64,000 bases of DNA from positions 64,001 through 128,000 of the forward strand of contig JBDRZU010000002.1 in the NCBI GenBank assembly GCA_039804105.1, in the 5' to 3' direction. Both the position numbers and the translations under genes were made by a program. Below are positions 41,086 through 52,683 of the stretch, piece by piece; position 1 is the first letter of the stretch, and every line of letters starts with the position of its first letter. This DNA comes from a candidate division WOR-3 bacterium (GTDB lineage: Bacteria > Hydrothermota > 32-111). The notes below the pieces were generated by a model. The model was not told where the DNA came from and ran no database searches. It saw only the letters and a list, made by a program, of their open reading frames with translations.

Positions 41086-42104
41086 TTTAACCTTATATTT
41101 CCATCGTTATCAATTTCAATCAAATTCTTTTTGAAATCTGATTCAGTTAAACTTTTCATCAGTTTTACAACCTCATAATCTTTATCGAATATAACTCCCT
41201 TAAACTTTTCCTGTTTAAAAGGATATATTTTACCTGAAATAAAATTTCCAACTGTATCGAGTTCAACATATAGAATCGGTGCTAATCCATTTATTCCTGA
41301 AATGTTGATTCCAGAAAATGTCATAAAATTGCCAAGAGAATATGCAATGAGTTTCCCTTTGTAAAGTTCAACCGCTCTGACAACATGGGGACCATGGCCT
41401 ATCACAAGATCAGCGCCTGCATCAATTACAGTATGTGCAAACCTGTATATATTACCTCTATATTCACCATACATATATTCAACTGTGTCCTTTATGTGTA
41501 AAGCATTTTTTCCTTCCTGTCCACCATGAAAAGTAACAATCACGATTTCATAAAATTTGGAAAGAGAATCAATAAGATTATAACTTTTCTTTAAATCTGT
41601 AAGATCGTTCATAAGGGAGTAGTTTGAAAAACCAACAACACATACCTTTCTACCGTTTAAATTAAAAATACCAAAATCGTTTAAAAAGCCCGTATACTGT
41701 ATAAAGTTTTCTGAAAGTACTTTTTTCGTTCTTAAAACTGAAATATCACCAAAATCCCTTATATGGTTGTTCGCAATGTTCAACACATTGAATCCAGCAT
41801 ATTTTAATGTTTTAACATATTTTTCAGGTGTTCTGAAAGCATAACTTTTTCCATCAACAACATTTTTTCTCAAACTTCCAGAATCAGATAAAGCAGATTC
41901 GAGATTCCCTATCCTGATATCACCTTTTTTTATTATAGATTCCGCTTCTTGAAAAAGATAGAATCCATCACCTTCTGGAACAGAAAATGATGGATAAACT
42001 GTTCCAACCATTATATCACCAACAGCAGTTATCTTTATAGTTTCACTCTTTAAAAAAGAAATGAAAAAAAACATGAAAAATAAAATAATGTTAAATTTTT
42101 TCAA
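41082..42104 (-). CDS. CapA (PGA_cap) family exported metallophosphoesterase
   Basis: AVGDIM, GNLE, ANNH, FHGG.E, GADLVIGHGPHV, YSLGNF. Confidence 0.9.
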   Translation of the reverse strand: MKKFNIILFFMFFFISFLKSETIKITAVGDIMVGTVYPSFSVPEGDGFYLFQEAESIIKKGDIRIGNLESALSDSGSLRKNVVDGKSYAFRTPEKYVKTLKYAGFNVLNIANNHIRDFGDISVLRTKKVLSENFIQYTGFLNDFGIFNLNGRKVCVVGFSNYSLMNDLTDLKKSYNLIDSLSKFYEIVIVTFHGGQEGKNALHIKDTVEYMYGEYRGNIYRFAHTVIDAGADLVIGHGPHVVRAVELYKGKLIAYSLGNFMTFSGINISGINGLAPILYVELDTVGNFISGKIYPFKQEKFKGVIFDKDYEVVKLMKSLTESDFKKNLIEIDNDGNIRLK

Positions 42105-42585
42105 ATCTAACCCCTTTTTGATCTATTAACGCATAAGTTTTTTGTTTTGAAAGGAAAAGTGAAAATGCTCCAGGATTCACAATAACCTTTCCGTTTTCAG
42201 CTCTTGATTCAACTTTATGGGTATGACCATAAAAAATATATTTTGGATGCTCTTTTTGAATGTAATCATCCAAAAAGAACGGTTCATGCATCAAAATTAT
42301 ATACCCAAATGGTTCCAAAAAAATTTCAAAGGGAGAAGTTGAAAAAGATATCGATAGATCCCTTAAAATTTTTGATGTAACAAGATCCAATCTATCGTTG
42401 TTGCCCTTTACAAGATAAAACTCATCAGAAAGATTTCTTATGATCGAAAGATTGTTAAAATCAACAACATCACCAAGATGAATCGTTGCTAAAAATCTTT
42501 CATTTTCATACCTTTTTGTCAAAAATTGGAAAGATCCAATATCGTTATGAGTATCGGATATCAAAAGAATTCTTTTATCTTCCAT
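42091..42585 (-). CDS. YfcE-family metallophosphoesterase
   Basis: ISDTH, HLGD, GNND, GHTH, NPG. Confidence 0.88.
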   Translation of the reverse strand: MEDKRILLISDTHNDIGSFQFLTKRYENERFLATIHLGDVVDFNNLSIIRNLSDEFYLVKGNNDRLDLVTSKILRDLSISFSTSPFEIFLEPFGYIILMHEPFFLDDYIQKEHPKYIFYGHTHKVESRAENGKVIVNPGAFSLFLSKQKTYALIDQKGVRFEKI

Positions 42586-43355
42586 AACACTAAAAACAAT
42601 CCGATCAATAAAGTATATATTGAAAAAAGATAAAACTTTTTGCTTCTCAATACCTTATAAAGCACAACCAGAGCCAGATAACCGGTCAAAAATGAGATAA
42701 GAATTCCAGCAAATATGTTCATATCAAAAAAGAATTTCACATCTATAAACTCTTTGATGAAAGAACCTAAAATTATAGGCATAGCCATAAAAAAAGAAAA
42801 ATCTGATGCCTTTTCAGGTTCAACACCTAAAAAAAGTGCTATTGAGATAGTCGTTCCAGATCTTGAAATTCCAGGCAAGAGCGATATTGTTTGAAACAAC
42901 CCGACAACTATTGATTCAAAGATGTTTACACTCTTCATTCTGTTTTTTGAAAATTTTGTTGAAAAAAGGATCATAGAGAGAATAAGATAAAAGATTCCTA
43001 TCAAAAAGATATCTGAAAAAACCTTTTCAACAAAATCGTTCATTAACATCCCAGCAATTGCAGCAGGGATTATTCCTATAAGAACAAGTGATACAAAATT
43101 TATATTCTCTTTTTTTCCCTTTTTATCCTTTAAATCAGAATACATACCTTTTAAAAGGTCTATTATTTTTGTTCTAAAGAAAACCAAGAGTGAAAAGAAT
43201 GTTCCAAGATGTAAAGATGTTTCAAAAAAAAGATTTTTTGTTGTGATTCCAAAGATATTCTTCAGAATCGCAATGTGACCTGAAGAGGAAACAGGTAAAA
43301 ATTCTGTTATCCCCTGAACAAATCCAAACAATGAATGGTAAAAAAGTTCTTTCAT
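42561..43355 (-). CDS. uppP: Undecaprenyl-diphosphate phosphatase
   Basis: QGITEFLPVSSSGH, PGISRSG. Confidence 0.95.
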   Translation of the reverse strand: MKELFYHSLFGFVQGITEFLPVSSSGHIAILKNIFGITTKNLFFETSLHLGTFFSLLVFFRTKIIDLLKGMYSDLKDKKGKKENINFVSLVLIGIIPAAIAGMLMNDFVEKVFSDIFLIGIFYLILSMILFSTKFSKNRMKSVNIFESIVVGLFQTISLLPGISRSGTTISIALFLGVEPEKASDFSFFMAMPIILGSFIKEFIDVKFFFDMNIFAGILISFLTGYLALVVLYKVLRSKKFYLFSIYTLLIGLFLVLWKIKEFF

Positions 43356-44197
43356 TTTCCTCCAAGGAATATTGCAAGAAGTCCTACAAGCATATCGTAT
43401 TTTATCAAGGAGTTTACAACTCTTTTCGTCTTTAAATCGTTGAATATGTAAAATATCAAAAGCATAACTATTATAATCAGATCAACACCGAAGAATGCAA
43501 CAAGCATATACAATTTGTTGTATATACCTAAAAGATAGGGTATGAAAGTTAGTATGATAAGGATGATGAAAACAAAAATAGCAACAAACAGGGAATTCTC
43601 TTCACCTAAAACTATCGGTAATGTCTTCCTTCCAATATACTTATCACCATTGATATCCTCAATATCTTTTAAAATTTCTCTACCGAGTGTCATAAAAAAT
43701 GCAAATATAGCAGGGAAAACTCCTTTTGATATATCCCCAGCGATTTCAGAACCAAAAATAAAAAGGAGTCCTGAAAGAAGAGAAATTATAAGATTCCCTA
43801 AAAAAGGTATCCTTTTTAGTTTGTAAGAATATAGATAAAGTATCACTGTTGAAAAAACAACTATCAAAAGCAATTTCCATGATAAAAAGAAAGATATAAA
43901 GAATGATAAAATTGAAAACAAAAAATAAATGAAATATACAAATTTTGTGTTAAATTTTGATTTCACAAGTGGTCTTTGAGGCTTGTTGATTCTATCGGTT
44001 TCAAGATCAAATATATCGTTTATTATGTTACCAGCAAACATCACAAAAAATACGACAAGTATGCCTAAATATAATCGAAAATCTTTTAGATCGAATCTTA
44101 CAAGCAAATATGAAACAAAAACACCAAACCCACCTATCAAAGCGTTGTTGACTCTTAAAAGTTTAATTATATCAAAAAAACTATTGTTTTTTACCAT
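43352..44197 (-). CDS. UbiA-family prenyltransferase, digeranylgeranylglyceryl-phosphate synthase-like
   Basis: NDIFDLETDRINKPQRPL, YSYKLKR.P..GN, REILKDIEDINGD...GRKTLP. Confidence 0.8.
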   Translation of the reverse strand: MVKNNSFFDIIKLLRVNNALIGGFGVFVSYLLVRFDLKDFRLYLGILVVFFVMFAGNIINDIFDLETDRINKPQRPLVKSKFNTKFVYFIYFLFSILSFFISFFLSWKLLLIVVFSTVILYLYSYKLKRIPFLGNLIISLLSGLLFIFGSEIAGDISKGVFPAIFAFFMTLGREILKDIEDINGDKYIGRKTLPIVLGEENSLFVAIFVFIILIILTFIPYLLGIYNKLYMLVAFFGVDLIIIVMLLIFYIFNDLKTKRVVNSLIKYDMLVGLLAIFLGGK

Positions 44198-45086
44198 CTT
44201 CTTTAAAAAGTTCTTTTAAACTTCCTAACGACGAGAGGATACCTGTTGCTTCGTATGGAATGAAGATCTTTGAACCGTTTCCATTTGCTATCTTTTCAAG
44301 TGCTTCAAGATATTTTAAAGTGATAACATCATTTGTTGCCTTACCATCATGTATCGCCTGAAAAACTGACTTTATCGCTTGTGCTTGACCTAATGCAACC
44401 AATATCTGCGCCTGTTGTTCACCTTCAGCAACTTTGATTTTACTCTCTCTTTCTCCTTCAGCTATCAAAATTTTTGACTGTTTTTCACCCTCAGCAAGAA
44501 GTATTGTGGCTCTTTTCTCTCTTTCGGCTTTCATCTGCTTTGTCATCGCTTCCTGTATCTCATCTGGTGGATTTATGTTTTTAAGTTCAACTCTGTTAAC
44601 CTTAACTCCCCATTTATTCGTTGCATCATCAAGTATAACTTGAAGTTCACTGTTTATCTTGGCTCTTGAAACGAGTGTCTCATCAAGTGTCAGATCTCCT
44701 ATGACATTTCTTAAGGTTGTAATCGTCAACTTCTCTATAGCGTAAACAATGTTTGTTATTTCATACATCGCTTTGTATGGTTCAGTTATCTGATAATAGA
44801 TAACCGTATCGATTTGCATTGTTACATTGTCTTTTGTTATAACCGGTTGCGGGGGAAAATCGAGAACCTGTTCCCTTAAATCGATTCTCACAAGATACCT
44901 TGGCCCAAAAGCTATTGGTCTTATTGTATCGATAATAGGTATTATCACATGGATTCCACTTTTTAGTGTTGCTCTATATTTACCAAACCTCTCTATGATT
45001 ACAACTTCTGCCTGACGGACAATGATAACAGCTTTTGATAAAAAAATTATAACAGCAAAAATGATGAAAAACCATAAAAGTATCAT
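44181..45086 (-). CDS. SPFH/band 7 (stomatin/QmcA-like) protein
   Basis: ERFGKY, DLRE, QPVITKDNV, QMKAEREKRA, AEGE repeats. Confidence 0.93.
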   Translation of the reverse strand: MILLWFFIIFAVIIFLSKAVIIVRQAEVVIIERFGKYRATLKSGIHVIIPIIDTIRPIAFGPRYLVRIDLREQVLDFPPQPVITKDNVTMQIDTVIYYQITEPYKAMYEITNIVYAIEKLTITTLRNVIGDLTLDETLVSRAKINSELQVILDDATNKWGVKVNRVELKNINPPDEIQEAMTKQMKAEREKRATILLAEGEKQSKILIAEGERESKIKVAEGEQQAQILVALGQAQAIKSVFQAIHDGKATNDVITLKYLEALEKIANGNGSKIFIPYEATGILSSLGSLKELFKEDGKKQ

Positions 45087-46516
45087 ATTCTCTCCTTTTT
45101 AGATTTAAAAACCAGATTACCTTCTTTATAAGTTTCAACTATTTTTACATCGTCTTCATTTATTTTTTTATCTGTAACTATAAAATCGGCCTTAAACCCC
45201 TTTAAAAGTTTTCCAAGTTTTTTTTCTTCATGAACGATTCTCGCACCACCTTCAGTGTAACACTTGAATCCATCAATAAAATCGATCCTTTGTTCCTCAA
45301 AAAGAGCTTTCTTTAAAGAATTTAAACCATAAAGCGGTGAAGGAGGCATACAGTCAGACCCAAAACCTAAGGGTATCTTCTTGTTAAAAATGTATCTAAA
45401 TACATTGTTAAATTCAAAATAATTTTTACTCAACCTCTCTTCATACATCTGCCCTTTTAAACCCCAGTTTCCAATAAAATTCGGTTGCATCGAAAGGAAT
45501 ATACCTTTTTCTTTAACCTTTTCTATCTGTTCTTTTGAAGAAATTTCAAAATGTTCAATTCTATGACCTTCTGGATCTGATAGGTTTTTAAGAACAAAAT
45601 CTGTTGCCCTGTCTCCTATTGAATGTATAGCAAGTTGATAATTTTTCTCCTTTGCTATTAAAACTATCTGTTTAAAATCTTTTTCACTTATAAAAATTTT
45701 TCCTCTTTGACCATTTTTGTAATTTTTATATACAGCAGCAGTAAAAGCACCTATAGATCCATCAGTAAAAATTTTTAGCCCCTTCAATTTTATCCTATCT
45801 TTATCTTTCCACTCCGAGAGTTTTTTTTCGTTCTCCCATGGAAAATAAAAAAATATATCAAGAACACTATCTACTTCACTGTAAACATCAAGTGAGTCAA
45901 AAGTAGCCATATCTGAAACAGATGTAATACCAAAAGATAAAAATTTTTCCTGTGCAATTTTGAACGCTTTAAAAAGTTCTTTTTTATCAGGTTTGAAAAT
46001 AGTGTTCAATTTTAAAACTATACCTTCTTTTAACACTCCATCATCACTAAAATCTTCAAACTTTTCTGATTTTTTCAAATATTCTATCGCTTCACTGTTA
46101 AAAACGGCAATATGCCCACAAACTCTTCTTACGATAACGGGAACATTTTTGAAATGTTGATCAAGAATTTTTTTATTTAGTTTTTCTTTTTTTAAAAACT
46201 TTGTTTCATCATAACCCTCTGCTATTACAAATTTTGAATCCTTGTTATCTTTTAAATACTTTTTGACCCTATCTATGATTTCCTCAACACTCTTAACACC
46301 TGTTAGGTTACACCTTAAAAGGTTGAGTCCATACCAGATCATATGAGTGTGTGAATCAAAAAAGGAAGGATAGATATATTTGTTTGTTAAAACTATATGC
46401 TTATCAAAAACTTTAATTTTTTCATTATCTAAAGAAACAACTTTTCCATTTTCAACTAAAAGAAAATTTTTAAAACTTTTTCCATCAAAAATTTTTGATT
46501 CGAATAAAATTTTCAT
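45083..46516 (-). CDS. Amidohydrolase 3 (YtcJ-like)
   Basis: [27 protein letters not shown]. Confidence 0.88.
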   Translation of the reverse strand: MKILFESKIFDGKSFKNFLLVENGKVVSLDNEKIKVFDKHIVLTNKYIYPSFFDSHTHMIWYGLNLLRCNLTGVKSVEEIIDRVKKYLKDNKDSKFVIAEGYDETKFLKKEKLNKKILDQHFKNVPVIVRRVCGHIAVFNSEAIEYLKKSEKFEDFSDDGVLKEGIVLKLNTIFKPDKKELFKAFKIAQEKFLSFGITSVSDMATFDSLDVYSEVDSVLDIFFYFPWENEKKLSEWKDKDRIKLKGLKIFTDGSIGAFTAAVYKNYKNGQRGKIFISEKDFKQIVLIAKEKNYQLAIHSIGDRATDFVLKNLSDPEGHRIEHFEISSKEQIEKVKEKGIFLSMQPNFIGNWGLKGQMYEERLSKNYFEFNNVFRYIFNKKIPLGFGSDCMPPSPLYGLNSLKKALFEEQRIDFIDGFKCYTEGGARIVHEEKKLGKLLKGFKADFIVTDKKINEDDVKIVETYKEGNLVFKSKKERI

Positions 46517-48246
46517 GATTCTATATCCAAAAATGGTCTTAACATATCCGCTCTGTTTTTATGAGCAAGTTTTTCAAGTGCTTTTGCCTCTATCTGTCTA
46601 ACTCTTTCCCTTGTAACATCGAGTATCTCTCCGACTTCTTCAAGTGTCCTCTGGTAACCATCCTGTAAACCAAACCTCAACTTTAAAACTGTTTGTTGTC
46701 GAGGAGAAAGATCTGAAAGCACAAGATCAAGTTTTTCCCTCAACATCGAAAGCATCGCATGATGTTGTGGAGATTTCTGATCAACATCCTCAATAACATC
46801 ACTGAATTTTGATTCATCACTATCACCTATAGGCTTATCAAGAGATATTGTTTCCTGTGCTATCTTGTACACACTCTTTATCTTCTCAAGCGGCATATCA
46901 AGTTTTTCAGCGATCTCTTCTTCTGATGGTTCCCTTCCAAGTTCCTGCATAAGATTTCTTGTAACCTTAACAACCTTATGCATAACTTCGATCATATGGA
47001 CTGGAACTCTTATTGTTCTCGCTTGATCTGCAATCGCTCTTGTAATAGATTGCCTGATCCACCATGTAGCATATGTGCTGAATTTGTATCCTTTTTGATA
47101 ATCAAATTTTTCAACCGCTTTCATCAAACCAACATTCCCTTCCTGTATAAGATCCATGAATTCAAGTCCTCTATTGGTGTATCTTTTCGCTATCGAAATC
47201 ACAAGTCGAACATTCGATTCCATCATCCTTTCTTTTGCTCTGTTAAGTTTTCTTTCATACTCATTAAGATTTTTAACAATTTTGCAGAACTCATCACAAT
47301 CACATTTCAAATTCTGTTCATAATCTTTTATTTTATTTTGTATCCTCTCTATCTCAAATGAAGCATTTTTAAAATCTTCTCTTTTAATATTCTTCCTTTT
47401 ATATTTGAGTGGAACAGTTCCCTGTGCTTTTGCATTTTTTAAAATATCATCTATAGAGGCGTCAAACCTCTTTTCGATCATTCTCAACTTTTCCTTTTCA
47501 AACTCTATCTCTTTCGATAATTCCCTGTACTCTTTTATGTATTGGTTCAAAAGCAATGGATTCAACTGTAGTTCCTCTATATAGCTGATGAGATTTTTAA
47601 ACACTTTTTCAACTTTCTGGTCTGTAGCAATTTTTTCTTCCTTTCTCATCTTTGCATAACCTTTTTTCAACTCTTTTATCTTTTTTAAACTCTCTTTAAC
47701 CTTCGCGTATATATTTTTCAACCTCTGGATCTTCTTTTTCTGTGAAAGTTCTGATGAGATTTTTGGATCCTCAATATGAAAATATTGATCTATTGATTCA
47801 CCTTCAACAACAACCTTGTTGAAAAATTCATCAAGATATGAAAAAGTTTTTTCAACTGAAAAAAGGTTTGTCAATATTCCCCTTCTTCCTTCCTCTATAA
47901 GTTTTGAAATCTCTATCTCTTCTTCCTTTGTCAAAAGATCTATTGATTTCATCTCGTTAAGATACATTTTTATCGGATCATCATTTCTGACCTCTTCCAC
48001 TTCCCTTTTTTCATCTTCGCCTCTAATATAAGATTCTCCGATCGTTTTTTCGGTTTCATCTTCAACAAGAACTATCCCAAGACTTTGCATCCTCTTTATA
48101 AGCGTTTCTATAAGATCAACTCTAAAATCATCCGGCAGAATCTCATTTAACTTCTGATAGGAAAGTTCACCTCCATTGGAACTCTCTTTTACTATCATTT
48201 CGATAATTTCATCAAGAGGATCGTAGTTCTTGCTATTTTTCACCAT
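46513..48246 (-). CDS. rpoD: RNA polymerase primary sigma factor
   Basis: [49 protein letters not shown]. Confidence 0.97.
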   Translation of the reverse strand: MVKNSKNYDPLDEIIEMIVKESSNGGELSYQKLNEILPDDFRVDLIETLIKRMQSLGIVLVEDETEKTIGESYIRGEDEKREVEEVRNDDPIKMYLNEMKSIDLLTKEEEIEISKLIEEGRRGILTNLFSVEKTFSYLDEFFNKVVVEGESIDQYFHIEDPKISSELSQKKKIQRLKNIYAKVKESLKKIKELKKGYAKMRKEEKIATDQKVEKVFKNLISYIEELQLNPLLLNQYIKEYRELSKEIEFEKEKLRMIEKRFDASIDDILKNAKAQGTVPLKYKRKNIKREDFKNASFEIERIQNKIKDYEQNLKCDCDEFCKIVKNLNEYERKLNRAKERMMESNVRLVISIAKRYTNRGLEFMDLIQEGNVGLMKAVEKFDYQKGYKFSTYATWWIRQSITRAIADQARTIRVPVHMIEVMHKVVKVTRNLMQELGREPSEEEIAEKLDMPLEKIKSVYKIAQETISLDKPIGDSDESKFSDVIEDVDQKSPQHHAMLSMLREKLDLVLSDLSPRQQTVLKLRFGLQDGYQRTLEEVGEILDVTRERVRQIEAKALEKLAHKNRADMLRPFLDIES

Positions 48247-49950
48247 TTACTTTCCCCCTTTAAGTTTTTTTTGAATAAGAATCTTGATCTCAAGTAATCT
48301 ATCCCTTTCCTCTTCATCGGTACAGTTTTTAATTTGAGTTTCTATTTCTTTTATCTTTCTTTCAAGTTTTTTTCTCTTCAATATTGAAAGAATGTCTTTG
48401 ATTTTCTTCTCATCGGGAAGATTATTTGAGTAGTAATCCATCCTTTCAATAATTTTATTTTTAAGATTTATAATTTTATCATTCTTTAATAAAAAATCAA
48501 CATTGTTTTCCCACTTTTCCTCGATAGAGTTGCATACTGAAACAAAAACACCTTTGAGATTAAGATCTAAAAAATCCTCCTCTTCGATTTCAGAGCAAAA
48601 AGTTTTACAAAGATTTTTATCCACAAGCATCAAAGATACTATATCAACATAGACATTTACAAGACCTGCATCATTTTTTTCATCCTTTATTTTTTTGGAT
48701 CCCTTACTTTCTTCAAGATTCACCTCAAAACCCAGTTCTTTTTTAACCATATCTCTATATAAAAATTTTAAAGATTTATCTTCAATACCATTTATTGAGG
48801 ATGACAGAAATGTTAATAGATGTTTCTTTGATAGCATCCTATCTTTTTCCTTTTTCAAGAAAAAATCTGTTGAAAACTTTATAATATCAACAAAATCTTT
48901 GTTCAAAAATTCATGAGTTATCTTTTGCGTATTTTTTACAAGTTCGTCTGGATCCTTAAACTTTTCATTTTTATAAACCTCAACTATCAAACCTTCCTTT
49001 AAAAGTATCGGGATCGATCTCATCGTGGCATTTTGCCCTGCATCGTCTGAATCGTACATTAAAATGACCTTTTCACAGAATTTTTTTAAAATTTTTGCTT
49101 GATTTTCCGTACATGCAGTTCCAAGTTGAGCAACAATGTTTTTTATACCACTTTTATAAAGAGATATAAAGTCCATATAACCTTCAACAAGAATTGCATA
49201 GTTTTCCTCAGATATATATTTTCTACTCAGATTCAATCCATATAGAAAATCTCCCTTTTTATAAACCGGTGTTTGTTGTGTATTAACATACTTTGGGAGT
49301 TCATCACCGAGAACTCTACCACCAAATCCAAGAATGTTTCCTGTTATGGAAAAAATTGGAAACATTATTCTGTTGTAGAAAACTTCTCGATATTTCCCAT
49401 CCTCATTTTTTATTACCAATCCAGCCTTTATAAAATCTTCTATATTCAGGTTACTCTCTTTTATATTTTTCAAAAGTGTTCTCTCTCCATCAGCATAACC
49501 AAGAGTAAACAAAGAAATGTCTTCCTCGTTTAAACCTCTTTTTTCAAGATAGGAAAGAACATTTTTACTTTTTTTTAAACTTTTATGATAAATATCACAT
49601 GCGAATCTGTTGACTTCAAAGATTATAGATGCTATACCCCTTTCCTGAGTTTTTAAATAACTTTTAATATCGATTCCACTTTTTCTTGCAAGTATTTCAA
49701 CAGCATCCTTAAAATCAACATTTTCGATAAACTGGATGAATGTGATAACATCACCCCCCTTACCACAACCGAAACAATGGAAAAAACCTCTCTGTGGATG
49801 AACAAAAAAGGAAGGTGTTTTCTCTGAATGGAAAGGACATAACCCCTTCAGTGAACTTCCACTTTTCTTTAATTTAACATACTCTGAAACAACAGAATCT
49901 ATTGGGTTTAACTCTTTTATCTTAAAAATTAGATCTTCATAATTGAGCAT
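48247..49950 (-). CDS. dnaG: DNA primase
   Basis: CPFH.EKTPSF..CFGC zinc finger, FGGR, KY.N, EGYMD, DSDDAG. Confidence 0.96.
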   Translation of the reverse strand: MLNYEDLIFKIKELNPIDSVVSEYVKLKKSGSSLKGLCPFHSEKTPSFFVHPQRGFFHCFGCGKGGDVITFIQFIENVDFKDAVEILARKSGIDIKSYLKTQERGIASIIFEVNRFACDIYHKSLKKSKNVLSYLEKRGLNEEDISLFTLGYADGERTLLKNIKESNLNIEDFIKAGLVIKNEDGKYREVFYNRIMFPIFSITGNILGFGGRVLGDELPKYVNTQQTPVYKKGDFLYGLNLSRKYISEENYAILVEGYMDFISLYKSGIKNIVAQLGTACTENQAKILKKFCEKVILMYDSDDAGQNATMRSIPILLKEGLIVEVYKNEKFKDPDELVKNTQKITHEFLNKDFVDIIKFSTDFFLKKEKDRMLSKKHLLTFLSSSINGIEDKSLKFLYRDMVKKELGFEVNLEESKGSKKIKDEKNDAGLVNVYVDIVSLMLVDKNLCKTFCSEIEEEDFLDLNLKGVFVSVCNSIEEKWENNVDFLLKNDKIINLKNKIIERMDYYSNNLPDEKKIKDILSILKRKKLERKIKEIETQIKNCTDEEERDRLLEIKILIQKKLKGGK

Positions 49951-49956
49951 AAATTT

Positions 49957-49984
49957 AATATAATCCTATTTTATTAAAAATCAA
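49957..49984 (-). promoter_or_regulatory. sigma70 promoter (leaderless-type) of the dnaG-rpoD operon
   Basis: TTGATT-16-TATATT, 6 nt before ATG 49950. Confidence 0.55.
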
Positions 49985-49992
49985 TATTATAA

Positions 49993-50021
49993 TTGACTAT
50001 TTTGAATCATAACAATATAAT
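49993..50021 (+). promoter_or_regulatory. sigma70 promoter (leaderless-type) of the diguanylate cyclase
   Basis: TTGACT-17-TATAAT, 8 nt before ATG 50030. Confidence 0.7.
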
Positions 50022-50029
50022 AATTTTTT

Positions 50030-52033
50030 ATGAGAGATCTCAACCTTATCCTTTCGATCCTGTTACTATTTATAGTTTCTGCAATTTTGAATCTTGCCGT
50101 TTCTTTTGAAATAAACAACTTTGCACAAATATTTTTGGGTTTAATTTTTATATTCTTTTTTTTATTCTATTTTATAAGATTTTTTTTCTATCCAAATCAC
50201 CTCTTCTTTCTTCTACCTTTAACTTTTCTTGTGCCATTTTTAAACGAAAATTTTGGTTGGTTTTTGTATTTTATCCTTCTTTCACTTTCTACTGTGCTTG
50301 GAATTTTAGATTATGAAAGGAAAAAGGTTAATTTCTATTTCTTTCTATTCACATTTTTTTTATGGATAAGAACTTATTTTCACAACAATGACAAGATACT
50401 ATATACAAGTGTAATAACTGCAACAACTTTTATAACTCTGCTGCTTGCTGGTAAAGAAAAATCTAAAAAAAGAAACCTTGAAGAAAAGTATGAAAATCTT
50501 TCATCTAAAAATAAAATCATTGAGATCTCTCCATTTATGCTTGAAAAAGAGCAAATTTTAAACGATGATTTAGAAAAAAATAAGATGATTTTAAGTACCA
50601 TAGACGACGCTATAGTTTCTCTCCTTTCAACTTTGAAAATTCTTCTTAACAACAAAAGTGTAGTTTTTTTTATTTTAAATAAAAAAAACGGTTACCTTTT
50701 TATAGAGTATGGACTCTCTAATGAGGATATAAATCTTAAGAAAACTGTTTTCAATAAAGAAAATTTTCTTTATTCCGTTGTCAACGACCTGAAAAATATA
50801 AAGGATAATTTTTTCACAGGCGATATTTCAAAATTATCGCTTTACAAAAATAATACGACCGTACGATCTATAGTATCTTTACCTGTTATAAAATCTGGAG
50901 AATGTGTTGGGGTTTTATATGTTGATGACACTGAAGAGGAAAAATTTAAAGATAAGGATATGCAAACGATTAAACTTTTTTCGGATCAGATTGGAATGAT
51001 ATTAAACTTTGCAGAATATGCTCAACAGGCAAAGACGGAAGCAACAGTTATTTCGATTTTGAACGAGATAACACATAAACTCTCAAAAACACTCGATTTT
51101 GAAGAGATAATCAAAATAATAATAGGTTCTTTAAGAATCATTATAGATTTTTCAAACTATTTTCTTGTTTCCTTTGAGAAATCGAATCTTAAGATTTTGA
51201 TGACCGATTCTAACATAAAAAAATATCCTCAAACGATTTCTGAAAACAGTTTTTTACATCTTGCATTCAAGCAGGACAATGTTTTTTATAAAACAGATCT
51301 TCTTGATAGAGATATTCCAATCTATCTTTTTCAAAAAGGTGACAATGTAGGACTTTTTAACTCAGCAATATCAATACCTGTTTTTCTCGATGAAGAAAAA
51401 AGAATATTTTTGATTTTGATATCTGGTGAGAATCTTTCGATCGATTCAGGGAAAAATTTTCTTTTAAACTTTATCTCGGATATAACGATTACAGCATCCG
51501 AAAAATCATTTTTATATCAGAAGACGAAAGATCTTGCGATCAAAGACGGGCTAACGGGAATTTATAACCATAGATTTTTTCAAGATGAACTTACAAAAAT
51601 CCTTTTGAATTCACAACGCACCGATAAAAAGGTCTCTCTTGGACTTTTGGATATAGATTATTTCAAAAAATTCAACGATACTTATGGACACCAGATAGGT
51701 GATCTGGTTTTAAAACATATTGCAAACATTTTACAACAGTCCCTGAGAAAAACAGATCTTGTTGCGAGGTATGGAGGAGAGGAATTCGTTATAGTTTTGA
51801 CAAATATAAAGGACGATTCTTTTGAAAACGTATTTGAAAACATTAGAAAAAAGATTGAGGATACTAAAATCAAAATTTCGTCAAACGAAGAATTGAGCGT
51901 TACAGTGAGTATCGGATTTTCTCTGTTTCCAGATGATACAAAGGATAAAAACCTTTTGATAAACTTTGCGGATACTGCACTCTATAAGGCAAAAGAACTT
52001 GGTAGAAACAGAGTGGTTAGATATCAAAAATAA
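50030..52033 (+). CDS. Membrane-bound GAF-containing diguanylate cyclase
   Basis: N-terminal TMs, GAF (SLPV..GVLYVD), DGLTG, DIDYFKKFNDTYGH, RxxD I-site (RKTD), GGEEF. Confidence 0.92.
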   Translation: MRDLNLILSILLLFIVSAILNLAVSFEINNFAQIFLGLIFIFFFLFYFIRFFFYPNHLFFLLPLTFLVPFLNENFGWFLYFILLSLSTVLGILDYERKKVNFYFFLFTFFLWIRTYFHNNDKILYTSVITATTFITLLLAGKEKSKKRNLEEKYENLSSKNKIIEISPFMLEKEQILNDDLEKNKMILSTIDDAIVSLLSTLKILLNNKSVVFFILNKKNGYLFIEYGLSNEDINLKKTVFNKENFLYSVVNDLKNIKDNFFTGDISKLSLYKNNTTVRSIVSLPVIKSGECVGVLYVDDTEEEKFKDKDMQTIKLFSDQIGMILNFAEYAQQAKTEATVISILNEITHKLSKTLDFEEIIKIIIGSLRIIIDFSNYFLVSFEKSNLKILMTDSNIKKYPQTISENSFLHLAFKQDNVFYKTDLLDRDIPIYLFQKGDNVGLFNSAISIPVFLDEEKRIFLILISGENLSIDSGKNFLLNFISDITITASEKSFLYQKTKDLAIKDGLTGIYNHRFFQDELTKILLNSQRTDKKVSLGLLDIDYFKKFNDTYGHQIGDLVLKHIANILQQSLRKTDLVARYGGEEFVIVLTNIKDDSFENVFENIRKKIEDTKIKISSNEELSVTVSIGFSLFPDDTKDKNLLINFADTALYKAKELGRNRVVRYQK

Positions 52034-52683
52034 TCTTTGATCTTAAGGTATAGAAGATAGGTTGAAAGAACATCCATAGAACAGTATTTTGCGATTTCAA
52101 GAAATTTTTCTTCTCTATAATACTTTTCAACATCCTTACCAGACATATTAACCTTTGGAGAAGGTATATCAAAAACTTTGCAGTATATATCAAGGGAATT
52201 ACCTTTCAAAAGCCCACTCAAAGTTAAAACATCATAAACATCATAGTGCTCTTCTTTTCTAAATCTCGGGGTGTTAATATTCCTTGAAGGTTTTACGCCA
52301 TTGATTATTGCCCTGAAAGTTATAAAAGGGCAATCGAACCTTAACCCGTTGAAAGTTATAAACTTTGTACATCTTTTAACCCTATCATAAAAATTTTCCA
52401 GAATTTCCTTTTCGTTTGCTATTTTGAATATTCTTCTGTAACCGTTATAATCATCAACATAACTGTTATCAAATAGTGTATTCTGGGATGACTGATAGAA
52501 TGTTTCAATTATATTTCGATCAGCATCAAGAATCGAAATAGCAATTATTTTTCCAGAGGAAGGGTAGAGCCCTTTTTTTTCTTTAAAATCCTTATCCTTA
52601 TCCAGAAAATATTCTAAAACTTTTTCATCGATCTGGTCATCATCTATCCCAAAAGTTTCTATATCAAAACATATCTCACCCAT
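52024..52683 (-). CDS. Stand-alone 3'-5' exonuclease (PolB-exo-like, RNase H fold)
   Basis: FDIET (ExoI), TFNG..FD.PF (ExoII), YC..DV (ExoIII). Confidence 0.85.
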   Translation of the reverse strand: MGEICFDIETFGIDDDQIDEKVLEYFLDKDKDFKEKKGLYPSSGKIIAISILDADRNIIETFYQSSQNTLFDNSYVDDYNGYRRIFKIANEKEILENFYDRVKRCTKFITFNGLRFDCPFITFRAIINGVKPSRNINTPRFRKEEHYDVYDVLTLSGLLKGNSLDIYCKVFDIPSPKVNMSGKDVEKYYREEKFLEIAKYCSMDVLSTYLLYLKIKDYF

